DNA from: an uncultured Gammaproteobacteria bacterium
GTDB taxonomy: Bacteria > Patescibacteriota > Microgenomatia > Levybacterales > GWA1-39-11
Length of the DNA stretch: 64,000 nt
NCBI GenBank assembly: GCA_964425075.1
Contig: CAYRKM010000001.1
Location: forward strand, 331,060-395,059
Reading direction: 5' to 3'
Shown: one piece after another, positions 6,953-16,057 of the stretch
Layout: each line of letters starts with the position of its first letter
How positions within the stretch are numbered: position 1 is the stretch's first letter
Notes under the pieces: model-generated
What the model was told of the DNA's origin: nothing
Seen by the model: only the letters and a program-made list of their open reading frames with translations
The model's database searches: none
Translations under genes and position numbers: made by a program

Positions 6953-7714
6953 TTACTTTTTCTTTGCCACGATAACAATATTATTTGGTTCCCAACGCTT
7001 AATGAATTTGGCAAGCAATTTTTTAAAAATATATAAACTGCGAAATGCATAGTGGGTTTTCATGTTTATAATTTCAAAATTCTCAATTTCGAGTTCTTTC
7101 TTCAAAATCGGAATCGTATATTCTCTAACATGAGCACTTGGGTTCTCGTTCATTGAAGAGAGACCTTCATTTAGTGGGGTAGAAATAATTAACAAACCTT
7201 TGGGTTTTAATAAACTATAAATTTTCCTGTATAAATAAAATATCTCCTTTGGAGATATGTGTTCTATTACTTCGATTGCAACAATTACATCAAAATAATT
7301 TTTTTGATAGTGTTTTTCAATTTTTAATATATTGTCAGTAATAAACCTTCCTTTAAACATTTTTTGCATTCTCTTTATCGAAACGGGAGAAATGTCAATT
7401 CCATATAGTTTAATTTTTCTTCTACTTTTTTTCAAAAACTGCTCTAAATAACCCTGTCCTATACCAAGATCCAGGAGTCGAATATTATTTGGAATAAATG
7501 AAGCAATTTTTTTTATTTTTTCTCGTGTCATTTCATCTTGTTCTTCTAAGCTTTCAAGGCTTTTGAATTTATTGTTCCAATATTTTCCAGTATTAAAATT
7601 TTGAGAAGGTATGTTGTAGGTATGTATAAAATCCTCAGTATTATTTTGCAAAGCAAGCATTGTTCTCTTGTGTTCAATTTTAGAAATCTTTTTATTTAAA
7701 CTAGATATTGACAT
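6953..7714 (-). CDS. Class I SAM-dependent methyltransferase
   Basis: Motif I LLDLGIGQGY, motif II-like YGIDIS and acidic FDVIVAIEVIEH. Confidence 0.75.
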   Translation of the reverse strand: MSISSLNKKISKIEHKRTMLALQNNTEDFIHTYNIPSQNFNTGKYWNNKFKSLESLEEQDEMTREKIKKIASFIPNNIRLLDLGIGQGYLEQFLKKSRRKIKLYGIDISPVSIKRMQKMFKGRFITDNILKIEKHYQKNYFDVIVAIEVIEHISPKEIFYLYRKIYSLLKPKGLLIISTPLNEGLSSMNENPSAHVREYTIPILKKELEIENFEIINMKTHYAFRSLYIFKKLLAKFIKRWEPNNIVIVAKKK

Positions 7715-7747
7715 TTTTATTAATAAATGATTATGTTAAATCATTCT

Positions 7748-9496
7748 ATGAAAAACAGAATTATTCGCTCTGTTTTCTTTATCCTCATATTATTTATTTT
7801 TTCACAGAATAAAGCAAATGCAACCATCTTGTTCCAAGATAACTTCAATGATGGTGATAGTGTGGGATGGACGAAGATTGGACCCAACGCCAATACTGCA
7901 TGGAAAGTTGAAGGTGGTGTTTATAAGGGTCGAGTTATTACTCCGAGTACAAATATTGATACAGTTGCTGGGGATGAATCATGGGGGGATTATGTTTTGG
8001 AATTCGATATGATGCCAAAGCAGGGTGCTGATAAACACATTAAATCAAAGTGGACTACAGCCTTAGGTTTTACGCACGAAATTCATTTTACGGGAGGGGG
8101 GTTTGACACATCAGGTGGGAACGTAGTTTTTTCCCCGATTTTTAACGGAGGAATATATCATATGAAGTTGGTTTACGAGGGAAAAAAGGTGTCTTTTTAT
8201 AGGGATAACGTTCTGATGTTAGAGGAAATATATAATGGCCTTAGTTTAAATGGAAAAATTGGATTTAGAGTGGGCACCGGAGCATCCTCTCCCTCAGAGG
8301 TATGGTTTGATAATGTAAAAGTTACTACCCTGGATGACAGTCAGAACATATTAAGCGTTCCGCTTCTAAAACAAAATGCTAATCCGTGGGGTCCAATGCT
8401 TTATGATTCTGCAAATCTTTGGGCAGGATCGCAAAATGATATATCTCGCTGGGGATGCGCTTTAACGTCAGCTGCTATGGTATTTCAATATCATGGGGTA
8501 AAGAAGATGCCAGATAATTCAAATCTTGACCCCGGTACTTTGAATTCTTGGCTCAAATCACAACAAGATGGATATATTAGGAATGGATTGGTAAATTGGC
8601 TTGCATTATCTCGCCTTTCCTATCTTACTAGATTTAATAATAATTACGACCAATTTGACGCGCTAGAATACAAAAGGATAAATAGCGCAAATAAGGTTCA
8701 ATTGACCAATGACCTAGAAAATAAAATTCCGGGAATTCTCGAAGAGCCTGGACACTTTGTTGTTGCCAAAGGTAAAGATGATGCTAATAATACTTTTGTC
8801 ATTAACGACCCTTTTTACTCAAGAGAATCATTATTAGATTACGGTAACACCTTCTTGTCTCTTGGTAGATTTGTTCCTTCGCAAACGGATTTGTCATATT
8901 TAATGTTTGTAGTGGATGATAATATCGATCTGACTTTAAAAGACAGTAATGGCAATGATGTTGGTGAACTTTATCAGCAAGACGCTATAGATAATCCTTT
9001 AAATGACAGTGAAGGCAATGCAAAAGTTAAAGTCCTATATTTTGAGCAGCCAGAGGGTGGGAATTATACGGTAGTTCTTAATTCTTCAGATAGTTCCAGC
9101 TATTCACTTGAGGCGTATTTATATGACATAGAAGGAAATGTTAAGAAGCTTGATTTCGGAGGTTTGGTTGGAGATGGAGCTGAGGATACATACGAAATTG
9201 GGTTGAACAAAGAGGATAGTTCTCAAAGCAATGCTTCGCAAATAGTATCTTTTGATTCTTTGAAAAGCGATATTATTCTTTTATATAAATTAGGAAAAAT
9301 AAAAAACTTTGGTAGATATACTGCATGGGTTGCACAAGTTGACCAGGCAAAATTTCTATCACGAATTACCAAGAAGGGTACAAAAGTAATTCTGAATTCA
9401 CTAAAAAATCAAATAGAAAATGATAAAAAAGCGATTGACGATGCATCCAAGTCAATACTAATTAACCAAATAAATATTCTTATTAACTCATTGTAG
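7748..9496 (+). CDS. Secreted protein: signal peptide, DUF1080/LamG-like (3-keto-disaccharide hydrolase-like) domain, papain-like C39-like cysteine peptidase domain and a C-terminal coiled-coil/low-complexity region
   Basis: Signal MKNRIIRSVFFILILFIFSQNKANA. FQDNFNDGDSVGWTKI...WKVEGGVYKG is DUF1080-like. RWGCALTSAAMVFQYHG with a downstream HFVVAKG matches the Peptidase_C39_2-like Cys/His arrangement. The track ORF starts at 7727; the signal-peptide Met is at 7748. Confidence 0.6.
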   Translation: MKNRIIRSVFFILILFIFSQNKANATILFQDNFNDGDSVGWTKIGPNANTAWKVEGGVYKGRVITPSTNIDTVAGDESWGDYVLEFDMMPKQGADKHIKSKWTTALGFTHEIHFTGGGFDTSGGNVVFSPIFNGGIYHMKLVYEGKKVSFYRDNVLMLEEIYNGLSLNGKIGFRVGTGASSPSEVWFDNVKVTTLDDSQNILSVPLLKQNANPWGPMLYDSANLWAGSQNDISRWGCALTSAAMVFQYHGVKKMPDNSNLDPGTLNSWLKSQQDGYIRNGLVNWLALSRLSYLTRFNNNYDQFDALEYKRINSANKVQLTNDLENKIPGILEEPGHFVVAKGKDDANNTFVINDPFYSRESLLDYGNTFLSLGRFVPSQTDLSYLMFVVDDNIDLTLKDSNGNDVGELYQQDAIDNPLNDSEGNAKVKVLYFEQPEGGNYTVVLNSSDSSSYSLEAYLYDIEGNVKKLDFGGLVGDGAEDTYEIGLNKEDSSQSNASQIVSFDSLKSDIILLYKLGKIKNFGRYTAWVAQVDQAKFLSRITKKGTKVILNSLKNQIENDKKAIDDASKSILINQINILINSL

Positions 9497-9556
9497 TTTT
9501 TTTTCATTTTCACATCAAAAATTGACTTCTTTAGTGTAAATTGAGATTATGAATTC

Positions 9557-10762
9557 ATGAAGGAGAAAAGTAAAAAAATCCTATTCGTTGTAGTATTCCT
9601 CTTTGCTATTTTTTCAACAATCCTTATCTCCATAACTGCTGCAAAATTTAATTCTGATAAATCTCTTACCCTTCTAGCCACACAATTTGCAAAAGGACAT
9701 ATATCACTTGAACCAACAGAGGAATTGCCCGCAGGGGACATATCAATTTATAACGGTAAATATTATATGTACTTTGGGCCACTGGCATCAATTATATTAA
9801 TGCCTTTTGTTGCAATTTTTGGATCTAATTTTCCTCAAATTGTAATTGGATTTCTTACTTTAATTCTGACATTTTATGCTGTTTATTCACTTTCAAAGTC
9901 TTTTAAATTTAGCAGCATTGATGCTTTATGGCTTTCTTTGTTTTTTGTTTTCTCAACTGTTGTATTCTCAACCAGCGTCATAAACATTACCTCTTATCTT
10001 GTAGAGGCATTAGGGGTTCCATTGGTTTTGCTTTCTCTTGCTGAATATTTTGGAAAGAAGAGGCCTTTATTGACTGGATTATTTTTGGGTCTTGCAGTAC
10101 TGACTAGGGCAACATTAATTTTATCAATAATATTTTTTGTGGTAGAGTTTTTGAAAAAAAGACTCTCAATAAAACAATTTGGATTGATTTTAGTGCCATT
10201 TGTATTGTGTTTAGTGTTTTATGGTTCATATAATTTTTTGCGATTTCAATCTTTTATTGAGACAGGATATAGATATCACATGGCACACCCTTTTCCATTA
10301 AGTGTAAATTTTTCTTATGGTGAGATTAGTCTTATGCATTTGCCTGCCAACTTATATAGTTTTTTCATAATGCCACCTGAGCCTATCAGATATGATCTTC
10401 ATGGTTTTGTTTTTAAATTTCCATATCTTAAAGCAAATCCTTGGGGAATGGCTATTTGGTTTACTTCCCCCCTGTTCTTACTTCTATTTAGATTTCGAAA
10501 AAATATTTATTCTATCTCAGCAGGTATTACTGCTTTATGTCTGGCATTACCAATTTTTATTTATTTTAGCGTTGGGTTTGCGCAATTTGGATATCGCTAT
10601 GCGTTGGATTTTCTTCCTTTCCTTTTCCTGCTTTTGGTGCCTTCGCTTTTGCCAAAGCTCTCAAAAACTGCAGTCGTACTTATAATAATTGGTGTGGTTT
10701 TTAATTGCATTTTTATAACAAGCCTTTGGGACGTTTATCCGCATTTTGGGATATACAAATAA
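9557..10762 (+). CDS. Polytopic membrane protein, possible GT-C fold glycosyltransferase (about 12 predicted TM helices)
   Basis: Hydrophobic throughout with no soluble catalytic motif recognised. Its context is neighbouring glycan genes elsewhere in the window. Confidence 0.4.
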   Translation: MKEKSKKILFVVVFLFAIFSTILISITAAKFNSDKSLTLLATQFAKGHISLEPTEELPAGDISIYNGKYYMYFGPLASIILMPFVAIFGSNFPQIVIGFLTLILTFYAVYSLSKSFKFSSIDALWLSLFFVFSTVVFSTSVINITSYLVEALGVPLVLLSLAEYFGKKRPLLTGLFLGLAVLTRATLILSIIFFVVEFLKKRLSIKQFGLILVPFVLCLVFYGSYNFLRFQSFIETGYRYHMAHPFPLSVNFSYGEISLMHLPANLYSFFIMPPEPIRYDLHGFVFKFPYLKANPWGMAIWFTSPLFLLLFRFRKNIYSISAGITALCLALPIFIYFSVGFAQFGYRYALDFLPFLFLLLVPSLLPKLSKTAVVLIIIGVVFNCIFITSLWDVYPHFGIYK

Positions 10763-10765
10763 ATA

Positions 10766-10789
10766 ACCCACGACTACGGTCGGGGTTTT
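10766..10789 (+). terminator. Weak hairpin plus TTTT just after the membrane-protein gene stop
   Basis: acCCaCGACtacgGTCGgGGTTTT, with the stop codon at 10760-10762. Confidence 0.35.
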
Positions 10790-10858
10790 CTTGAACAATT
10801 ATAAATTAATTTTTTATTTAGCTTGCGCGTTTGATTATATTTTTGACATAATAAATTC

Positions 10859-11692
10859 ATGCCTCAGTTATTTGTTATTAAAAAATCAGGAGATAGAGAA
10901 GAGTATGATGAGAAAAAAGTAATGCGCTCCATGAAGCGCGTGGGTGTGCCAGAAGATCTACAACCCGAAGTGCTTGCGCATATTAAGGGGCAATTTCAAA
11001 ATGGGGAACTTCCAACTGATATTTTATTTGAGCAGATTTTACAATACTTGGAGCCTCGGGATAGAAAATCATCTTTAAGATTTAATCTTCGCCAGTCAAT
11101 CTTTGATTTGGGTCCAAGCGGATTTCCGTTTGAGCAATATCTTGCACAAATTTTTAGGGAGCAGGGGTATAAAGTTGAGACTGGCCTATTGATGCAAGGA
11201 GATTGTGTAAAACATGAAATCGATTTGCTCATCGAAAAAGATGGGCATAGACAAATTATTGAAGCAAAATTTCACAATCACCAGGTAGTAAAAAGTGACA
11301 TCCAAACTGCACTTTACACATACGCAAGATTTTTGGATGTTAAGGAAAAAAATAATATCGATAATGTTTGGCTTATTACAAATACAAAATTAAGCACTGA
11401 TGCAATTGCATACTGTGAGTGTAAAGGAATTCCTGCAATTGCTTGGAATTATCCGGAGAGGGACAACCTGCAAGATTTTGTTGAGAACCCCAAAATGTAT
11501 CCAATAACAATTTTAAAGTCACTAACAGAGCAGGAGAAAAAAAGACTAATTGAAAAAAATGTTGTTTTATGCAGGGACTTGTTGACAAAATCAGATAGTG
11601 AGCTTTCCGACCCATTGATAAAAGACGAAAGTCTTGCCCGTGCAAGGGAGGATGCACAACTAATCTGCCCCCTACCTTTAAGAAATGACTAA
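10859..11692 (+). CDS. ATP-cone domain fused to an Mrr-like (PD-(D/E)xK) restriction-endonuclease-fold domain
   Basis: The N-terminus VIKKSGDREEYDEKKVMRSMKRVGV is ATP-cone-like. The core GYKVE...QGDCVKHEIDLLIEKDGHRQIIEAKFH matches the Mrr_cat pattern (G-D-x-G-IDL...Q/E-x-K). It overlaps the following pyrC by 8 nt. Confidence 0.55.
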   Translation: MPQLFVIKKSGDREEYDEKKVMRSMKRVGVPEDLQPEVLAHIKGQFQNGELPTDILFEQILQYLEPRDRKSSLRFNLRQSIFDLGPSGFPFEQYLAQIFREQGYKVETGLLMQGDCVKHEIDLLIEKDGHRQIIEAKFHNHQVVKSDIQTALYTYARFLDVKEKNNIDNVWLITNTKLSTDAIAYCECKGIPAIAWNYPERDNLQDFVENPKMYPITILKSLTEQEKKRLIEKNVVLCRDLLTKSDSELSDPLIKDESLARAREDAQLICPLPLRND

Positions 11693-12743
11693 AATAATTT
11701 CACTTCCCGGACTCATTGATGTGCATGTGCATTTTAGAGATCCCAGTCAAACACATAAGGAAGATTTCTATACAGGGACACTCGCTGCTCTTACTGGTGG
11801 TTTTACTACTGTAATAGATATGCCCAACAACTTAGTACCAATCACAACAAAAAAATTATTGGATGAGAAAATAAAAATAGCAAAGAAAAAGATAATGTGT
11901 GATGTAGGTTTTCATTTCGGATCATTGGGGGAAAACTTAGGCGAATTTGGAAAAGTTAATAAAAAGGTTTTTGGGTTAAAGCTGTATCTAAATCAAACAA
12001 CGGGGAATTTTTTAATTGGAAAAAGAGAATTAAGGAAAATTTATTCTTCCTGGAATTTTTCCCAACCCATTCTTCTACATGCTGAGGAAGATATGTTGGA
12101 TACTGTGTTTCAAATTGTAAAAGAAACCAAAAGGAAAACCCACATTTGTCACGTCTCATCTAGTGTGGAACTGGAAAAAATTATAAAAGCTAAAGAAAAA
12201 GGATTGCCAGTAACTTGCGGTGTAACTCCACACCATTTATTTTTAACCGAAAAAGATGAAAAAAATCTTGGGCCTTTTGGAAAAATGAAACCATATTTAA
12301 AATCAAAAAAGGACGTAAAATTTTTGTGGGACAATTTAGCATATATTGATATCATCGAGTCAGACCATGCGCCCCATACAAGAGAAGAAAAGCAAGCCGA
12401 GGCGCCCTTTGGTGTTCCAGGGCTTGAAACTACTCTTCCGCTAATGCTTACTGCAGCAGAGGAGGGTAAAACAACAATTGATGAGATAGTTCAGCTTTGC
12501 CATACAAATCCAGCTATAATATTTAATATCTCAACAAGCAGCAAAACATTTATAGATGTAGACATGAGTGAATATAAAATTCAAAACAAAAATCTTAAAA
12601 CAAAATGTAAATGGTCACCATTTGATGGAAGAAAAGTTGTTGGAAGAGTAAAGAGAGTTGTTGTAAGGGGAGAGAAAGTATTTGAAAATGGAAAATGCTT
12701 AATAGAGAAGGGCGCAGGAAAAATTATTGTTCCGGCTATGTAG
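11685..12743 (+). CDS. pyrC: Dihydroorotase-like cyclic amidohydrolase
   Basis: LPGLIDVHVHFRDP metal-binding motif. Length and the DHAPH motif (ESDHAPHTREEK) fit the dihydroorotase family. Confidence 0.8.
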   Translation: MTKIISLPGLIDVHVHFRDPSQTHKEDFYTGTLAALTGGFTTVIDMPNNLVPITTKKLLDEKIKIAKKKIMCDVGFHFGSLGENLGEFGKVNKKVFGLKLYLNQTTGNFLIGKRELRKIYSSWNFSQPILLHAEEDMLDTVFQIVKETKRKTHICHVSSSVELEKIIKAKEKGLPVTCGVTPHHLFLTEKDEKNLGPFGKMKPYLKSKKDVKFLWDNLAYIDIIESDHAPHTREEKQAEAPFGVPGLETTLPLMLTAAEEGKTTIDEIVQLCHTNPAIIFNISTSSKTFIDVDMSEYKIQNKNLKTKCKWSPFDGRKVVGRVKRVVVRGEKVFENGKCLIEKGAGKIIVPAM

Positions 12744-13878
12744 TAGTCCAAGAGTTAATTATATCCATAGCTTTATTCTCGCTTTCCTTTATTTCTTGCG
12801 CAAGGTATGGATTCCACATTGCACCGGTTGCAGACATGACACTATCTGCTCCTGAGCGAATATATTCAAAGTAGTCCTCAGATTTTGTAACTCCCCCTAC
12901 CCCCTCAATTGAAAAGTTATATTGATTTTCATCTCTTATTTTTCTCATTCGTTTTACCATATCAAGTCCCGCCCATTTTATTGCATGACCACATATTCCA
13001 CTGAGTTCTCTACCATTTCCAGGAAGGGCTTGTACTCCATTTCTATCTATAATTTTTGCAGGTAAAGTATTCACGGCTGCAACACCTTTAATGTATGGGG
13101 CGACTTTCTCAAGGAAATTTTTTAACGCTTCATTATCATAAAAATAAGAAATCTTAATAACTAACGGAATATCACCAATGACGTTTTTTATTAAATTTAG
13201 GATAGCCACCGTTTTGTCAGTGTCATAGCATATAAGATTTGAGTGTCCTTCATTTGGACAACTTAAGTTTACCTCCATTGCCTTAACACCAGTTTCTGCC
13301 ATAAGCTTTGCGGCGAGTTTGTAATCATCAAAATATTTTTTCTCATTGTGTTCTGGATTTAGGCTTCCCTGAAAACTTCCCACCACAAGTTGACCCTTGC
13401 GAGTATTTTTTACGAGTCTAGAAATGTCTTCTTGCCAAATCTCTGGTTCATATGAGGGCACGCCAAAAGAATTTGTAATTGATAAAGGCTCGGTATAATT
13501 TTGATGTCCCACGATTCCTTTTTGGCCATCCTCCAGCGTGAGATCTCCTGCAACGTTTACCGATAGAACATTTGGCCATTGATGAGAAATATGCTTTTTG
13601 GTTCTGACGGTTTTATATACCACAATGTCAAACCCCTTATCCATTGCTGCTTGTGCAAACTTTGAATTTAATAAAGGGCCCGCAGGTATTCCGAATGGAA
13701 GATAAACCTTGTGTCCTAAAAATTCAAAGTGTGGCTCATCTGTTTGTTGAAAAATTTTTCCGTCGTTAAAGTCACCAAAAGGACCATTATCATAGTTGTC
13801 CTCATAACTTTTGGTTGGATCGTAAAATGGGGCGAGAAGCATTTCAACAAGATTAGCAAAACTTATGTAAGTAGTCAA
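12736..13878 (-). CDS. pyrD: Dihydroorotate dehydrogenase-family flavoprotein
   Basis: LPFGIPAGPL, the NLSCPN motif and GVGGV place it in the DHOD/DHPD family. The track start is a TTG; the first ATG (MLLAPFYDP) is at 13842. Confidence 0.75.
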   Translation of the reverse strand: MTTYISFANLVEMLLAPFYDPTKSYEDNYDNGPFGDFNDGKIFQQTDEPHFEFLGHKVYLPFGIPAGPLLNSKFAQAAMDKGFDIVVYKTVRTKKHISHQWPNVLSVNVAGDLTLEDGQKGIVGHQNYTEPLSITNSFGVPSYEPEIWQEDISRLVKNTRKGQLVVGSFQGSLNPEHNEKKYFDDYKLAAKLMAETGVKAMEVNLSCPNEGHSNLICYDTDKTVAILNLIKNVIGDIPLVIKISYFYDNEALKNFLEKVAPYIKGVAAVNTLPAKIIDRNGVQALPGNGRELSGICGHAIKWAGLDMVKRMRKIRDENQYNFSIEGVGGVTKSEDYFEYIRSGADSVMSATGAMWNPYLAQEIKESENKAMDIINSWTTT

Positions 13879-13932
13879 ATATAGTGGCTCGGTTTGACTG
13901 ATAATAAAGAGTGTGATATCGTAATTTACGAT

Positions 13933-14397
13933 ATGCTACGTTTACTTACATATTTATTACCTCAGAATATTGCTTATGCTCATTGCGACATTCCTTGTGG
14001 TATTTATGATCCGACTCCACTTCAGATTGCGGCACATACTGTTCTTCGAATGACACAGTTATTAGACGAACATGGTGAAAACATGCATGATGTTGCAAGA
14101 ATTGTTCATGTAAAAGAAGAGCATGGAAAGAAAATAGAAGATGAGTTGGGGACTTTAAAAAATGATTATTTTAAGCCAGAACATCAAGAAAAATATCCAG
14201 AACTTCAAAAACTTATTTCAGACGCAGTTTTATTATCTATAAAAACGCGCCAAAAAGAAGACGTAGGATCTGCAAAAGAATTAATTGAAAAGTGTCTTTT
14301 GATTTCTGAAATATTTTATAAAACAAAAAACGTAACTCCTGTTAGAGTTAAATCAATTTATCCAACTGAAGGCGAGATAGTTACATACCACGAGTAA
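13933..14397 (+). CDS. sodN: Nickel superoxide dismutase precursor
   Basis: The Ni-hook HCDIPCGIYDP follows a 16-aa leader MLRLLTYLLPQNIAYA. The track ORF begins at an upstream TTG (13894); the ATG giving a canonical leader length is at 13933. Confidence 0.85.
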   Translation: MLRLLTYLLPQNIAYAHCDIPCGIYDPTPLQIAAHTVLRMTQLLDEHGENMHDVARIVHVKEEHGKKIEDELGTLKNDYFKPEHQEKYPELQKLISDAVLLSIKTRQKEDVGSAKELIEKCLLISEIFYKTKNVTPVRVKSIYPTEGEIVTYHE

Positions 14398-14708
14398 TGT
14401 TTTCTTCATTATTTCTTAAATTTTCCCCCATTAATAAATTTGTAGTTAAAGAAAAAAGCATGGAGCCGTATTTAAAAGAAAATGATAAAGTCCTAGTCTT
14501 AAAATATTTTTTTTCAAAACCAAAAGTAGGGGAAGTAATAATTTTTTACCACACTACCCCGCCGCACCTTTTAATTAAAAGAATAATAAGAATAAACAGT
14601 AAGGGAATTTGGGTAGAGGGGGATAATAAAATAAAAAGTAAGGACAGTAGAAATTTTGGATTTTTAGAAAGACGGAATATAATTGGAAAAGTATTGATGA
14701 AGTTATGA
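14397..14708 (+). CDS. sodX: NiSOD maturation peptidase (S26 signal-peptidase-like)
   Basis: The S26 catalytic motif SMEPYL, 103 aa length, and a start that overlaps the sodN stop (TAATG). Confidence 0.8.
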   Translation: MFSSLFLKFSPINKFVVKEKSMEPYLKENDKVLVLKYFFSKPKVGEVIIFYHTTPPHLLIKRIIRINSKGIWVEGDNKIKSKDSRNFGFLERRNIIGKVLMKL

Positions 14709-15214
14709 TTTGGATAAGCTTAATTCCTATAATTGTTTTGTTAATTATCCTGACTTTTGTTTGGCCGCCCGATAGTCCATGGAGTCCTTGGTGGAGAACA
14801 AATAAAAAAGTAGCAAGAGCTGCAGCAAAACTTGCAGGTATATCGTCAAAAGACATAGTCTACGAATTAGGCAGTGGAGACGGTGAATTTATCCTTGCAG
14901 CGGTTTCTGAGTTTGGTGCAAAAAAAGGAGTGGGAATAGAGATAGAACACACAAGATATATAATTTCAAAAATCAAAAAGCAAATTTCAAAAGTAGAAAA
15001 TGTAGAGTTTGTGAGAAAAGATTTTAAAGAAGTAAAATTGACGGAGGCAACAGTTGTCTATTTTTATTTAGTGCCTGCAGTTATTAAAAGAATTCTTCCA
15101 AAACTAAAAAAGGAATTAAAGCCGGGAACAAAAATAGTAAGTTTGAAATACAAAGTGCCGTTGGAAGTTGTAAAAGAAGATAAGAAAAATAAATTATATT
15201 TATATAAGATTTAG
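14705..15214 (+). CDS. Membrane-anchored class I SAM-dependent methyltransferase
   Basis: N-terminal TM MIWISLIPIIVLLIILTFVW and motif I VYELGSGDGEF. It shares an ATGA overlap with sodX. Confidence 0.65.
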   Translation: MIWISLIPIIVLLIILTFVWPPDSPWSPWWRTNKKVARAAAKLAGISSKDIVYELGSGDGEFILAAVSEFGAKKGVGIEIEHTRYIISKIKKQISKVENVEFVRKDFKEVKLTEATVVYFYLVPAVIKRILPKLKKELKPGTKIVSLKYKVPLEVVKEDKKNKLYLYKI

Positions 15215-15232
15215 GAAAATGCGCATTAGGTC

Positions 15233-15261
15233 TTGACAGAAATATAAACAAGTAACATAAT
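15233..15261 (+). promoter_or_regulatory. Sigma70-like promoter TTGACA-17-CATAAT for the orphan ORF at 15272
   Basis: TTGACAgaaatataaacaagtaaCATAAT lies 10 nt before the ATG. Confidence 0.5.
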
Positions 15262-15271
15262 AGCACCCATA

Positions 15272-16057
15272 ATGGCAGTAACGGTAGAAGCACCAAGAAA
15301 TCCTCATGTTGCGCGGCTTTCAGTAATGGGTCGTACAGAACAATTCCCTCACAAATTTTTGGAAGTTCCACACCGAACAATGGACGGAAGGACATTTAGA
15401 ATGCTTGATGACCTTCGGCATGGAAGATATTGGGATGTATTGCATGGTGTAAATGGAAGCACTAATCCATATCATCCTGATGATCCTAGAACAAAGCAAG
15501 ATAAAAGGAGTTGGGCAAGACAGACCTTTACACAAGAAGAATTACAAGAACTTGTGCAAATGAGTGTGGATATTGCTTTAACCCAGCCCATTCAAACACC
15601 ATGGCCTGCTAGTCATGAACCATATAGAGTTCTTTACCACGCATTTGTTCCAGAAGATGAGGGATCTCTTTGGGAAGGCAGTGTGTCAGAAGATTTTCGT
15701 CACGCGGTTATTAATGGAGCGCTTTGGGAAGCAATTCCAAATAGTGCATGGATGATGGGGAGAATATTGGAAGAGCACCACTCAGATCTTGATGTGGGCT
15801 TTGCAGCAAAAGGTTATCCTATTTTTAAAGCAAATCGTGGAGAAGAACGAGAGCCAGATCTTATACATCTTTCAGACAGAAACCGCAAAAGATATAAAAA
15901 GTTTGTTGATGCTATAGCTGAGGATCCTAGAGCTGTAGGTTTGAATGAGGCAAAGGTAGGTTTTCTAACAGGGCCAATTAAAGATTTAGGTTCTAAAAGA
16001 GAACAAGCGGAAACAAAATATTTGCTATCTGAGGTTGGTAGACTTCAACAGTTTTAG
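15272..16057 (+). CDS. Hypothetical protein (261 aa), compositionally atypical (GC-richer; His/Trp/Arg/Pro-rich) with no recognisable domain
   Basis: A long ATG ORF with its own consensus promoter. It is visibly GC-richer than flanking genes, and its 3' end overlaps the convergent FemAB gene. Confidence 0.5.
   Translation: MAVTVEAPRNPHVARLSVMGRTEQFPHKFLEVPHRTMDGRTFRMLDDLRHGRYWDVLHGVNGSTNPYHPDDPRTKQDKRSWARQTFTQEELQELVQMSVDIALTQPIQTPWPASHEPYRVLYHAFVPEDEGSLWEGSVSEDFRHAVINGALWEAIPNSAWMMGRILEEHHSDLDVGFAAKGYPIFKANRGEEREPDLIHLSDRNRKRYKKFVDAIAEDPRAVGLNEAKVGFLTGPIKDLGSKREQAETKYLLSEVGRLQQF

Noticed and set aside
10392-10685. ORF 10392..10685 (+) inside the 9557..10762 membrane-protein gene
   Set aside because: It is an alternate-frame ORF within a longer hydrophobic gene, with no independent signal.
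13894-13932. Upstream TTG-initiated extension of sodN (MTDNKECDIVIYD...)
   Set aside because: NiSOD precursors carry a short (~14-residue) leader removed by SodX. The ATG at 13933 gives a 16-residue leader ending ...AYA|HCD, whereas the TTG start would give an atypically long 29-residue leader.
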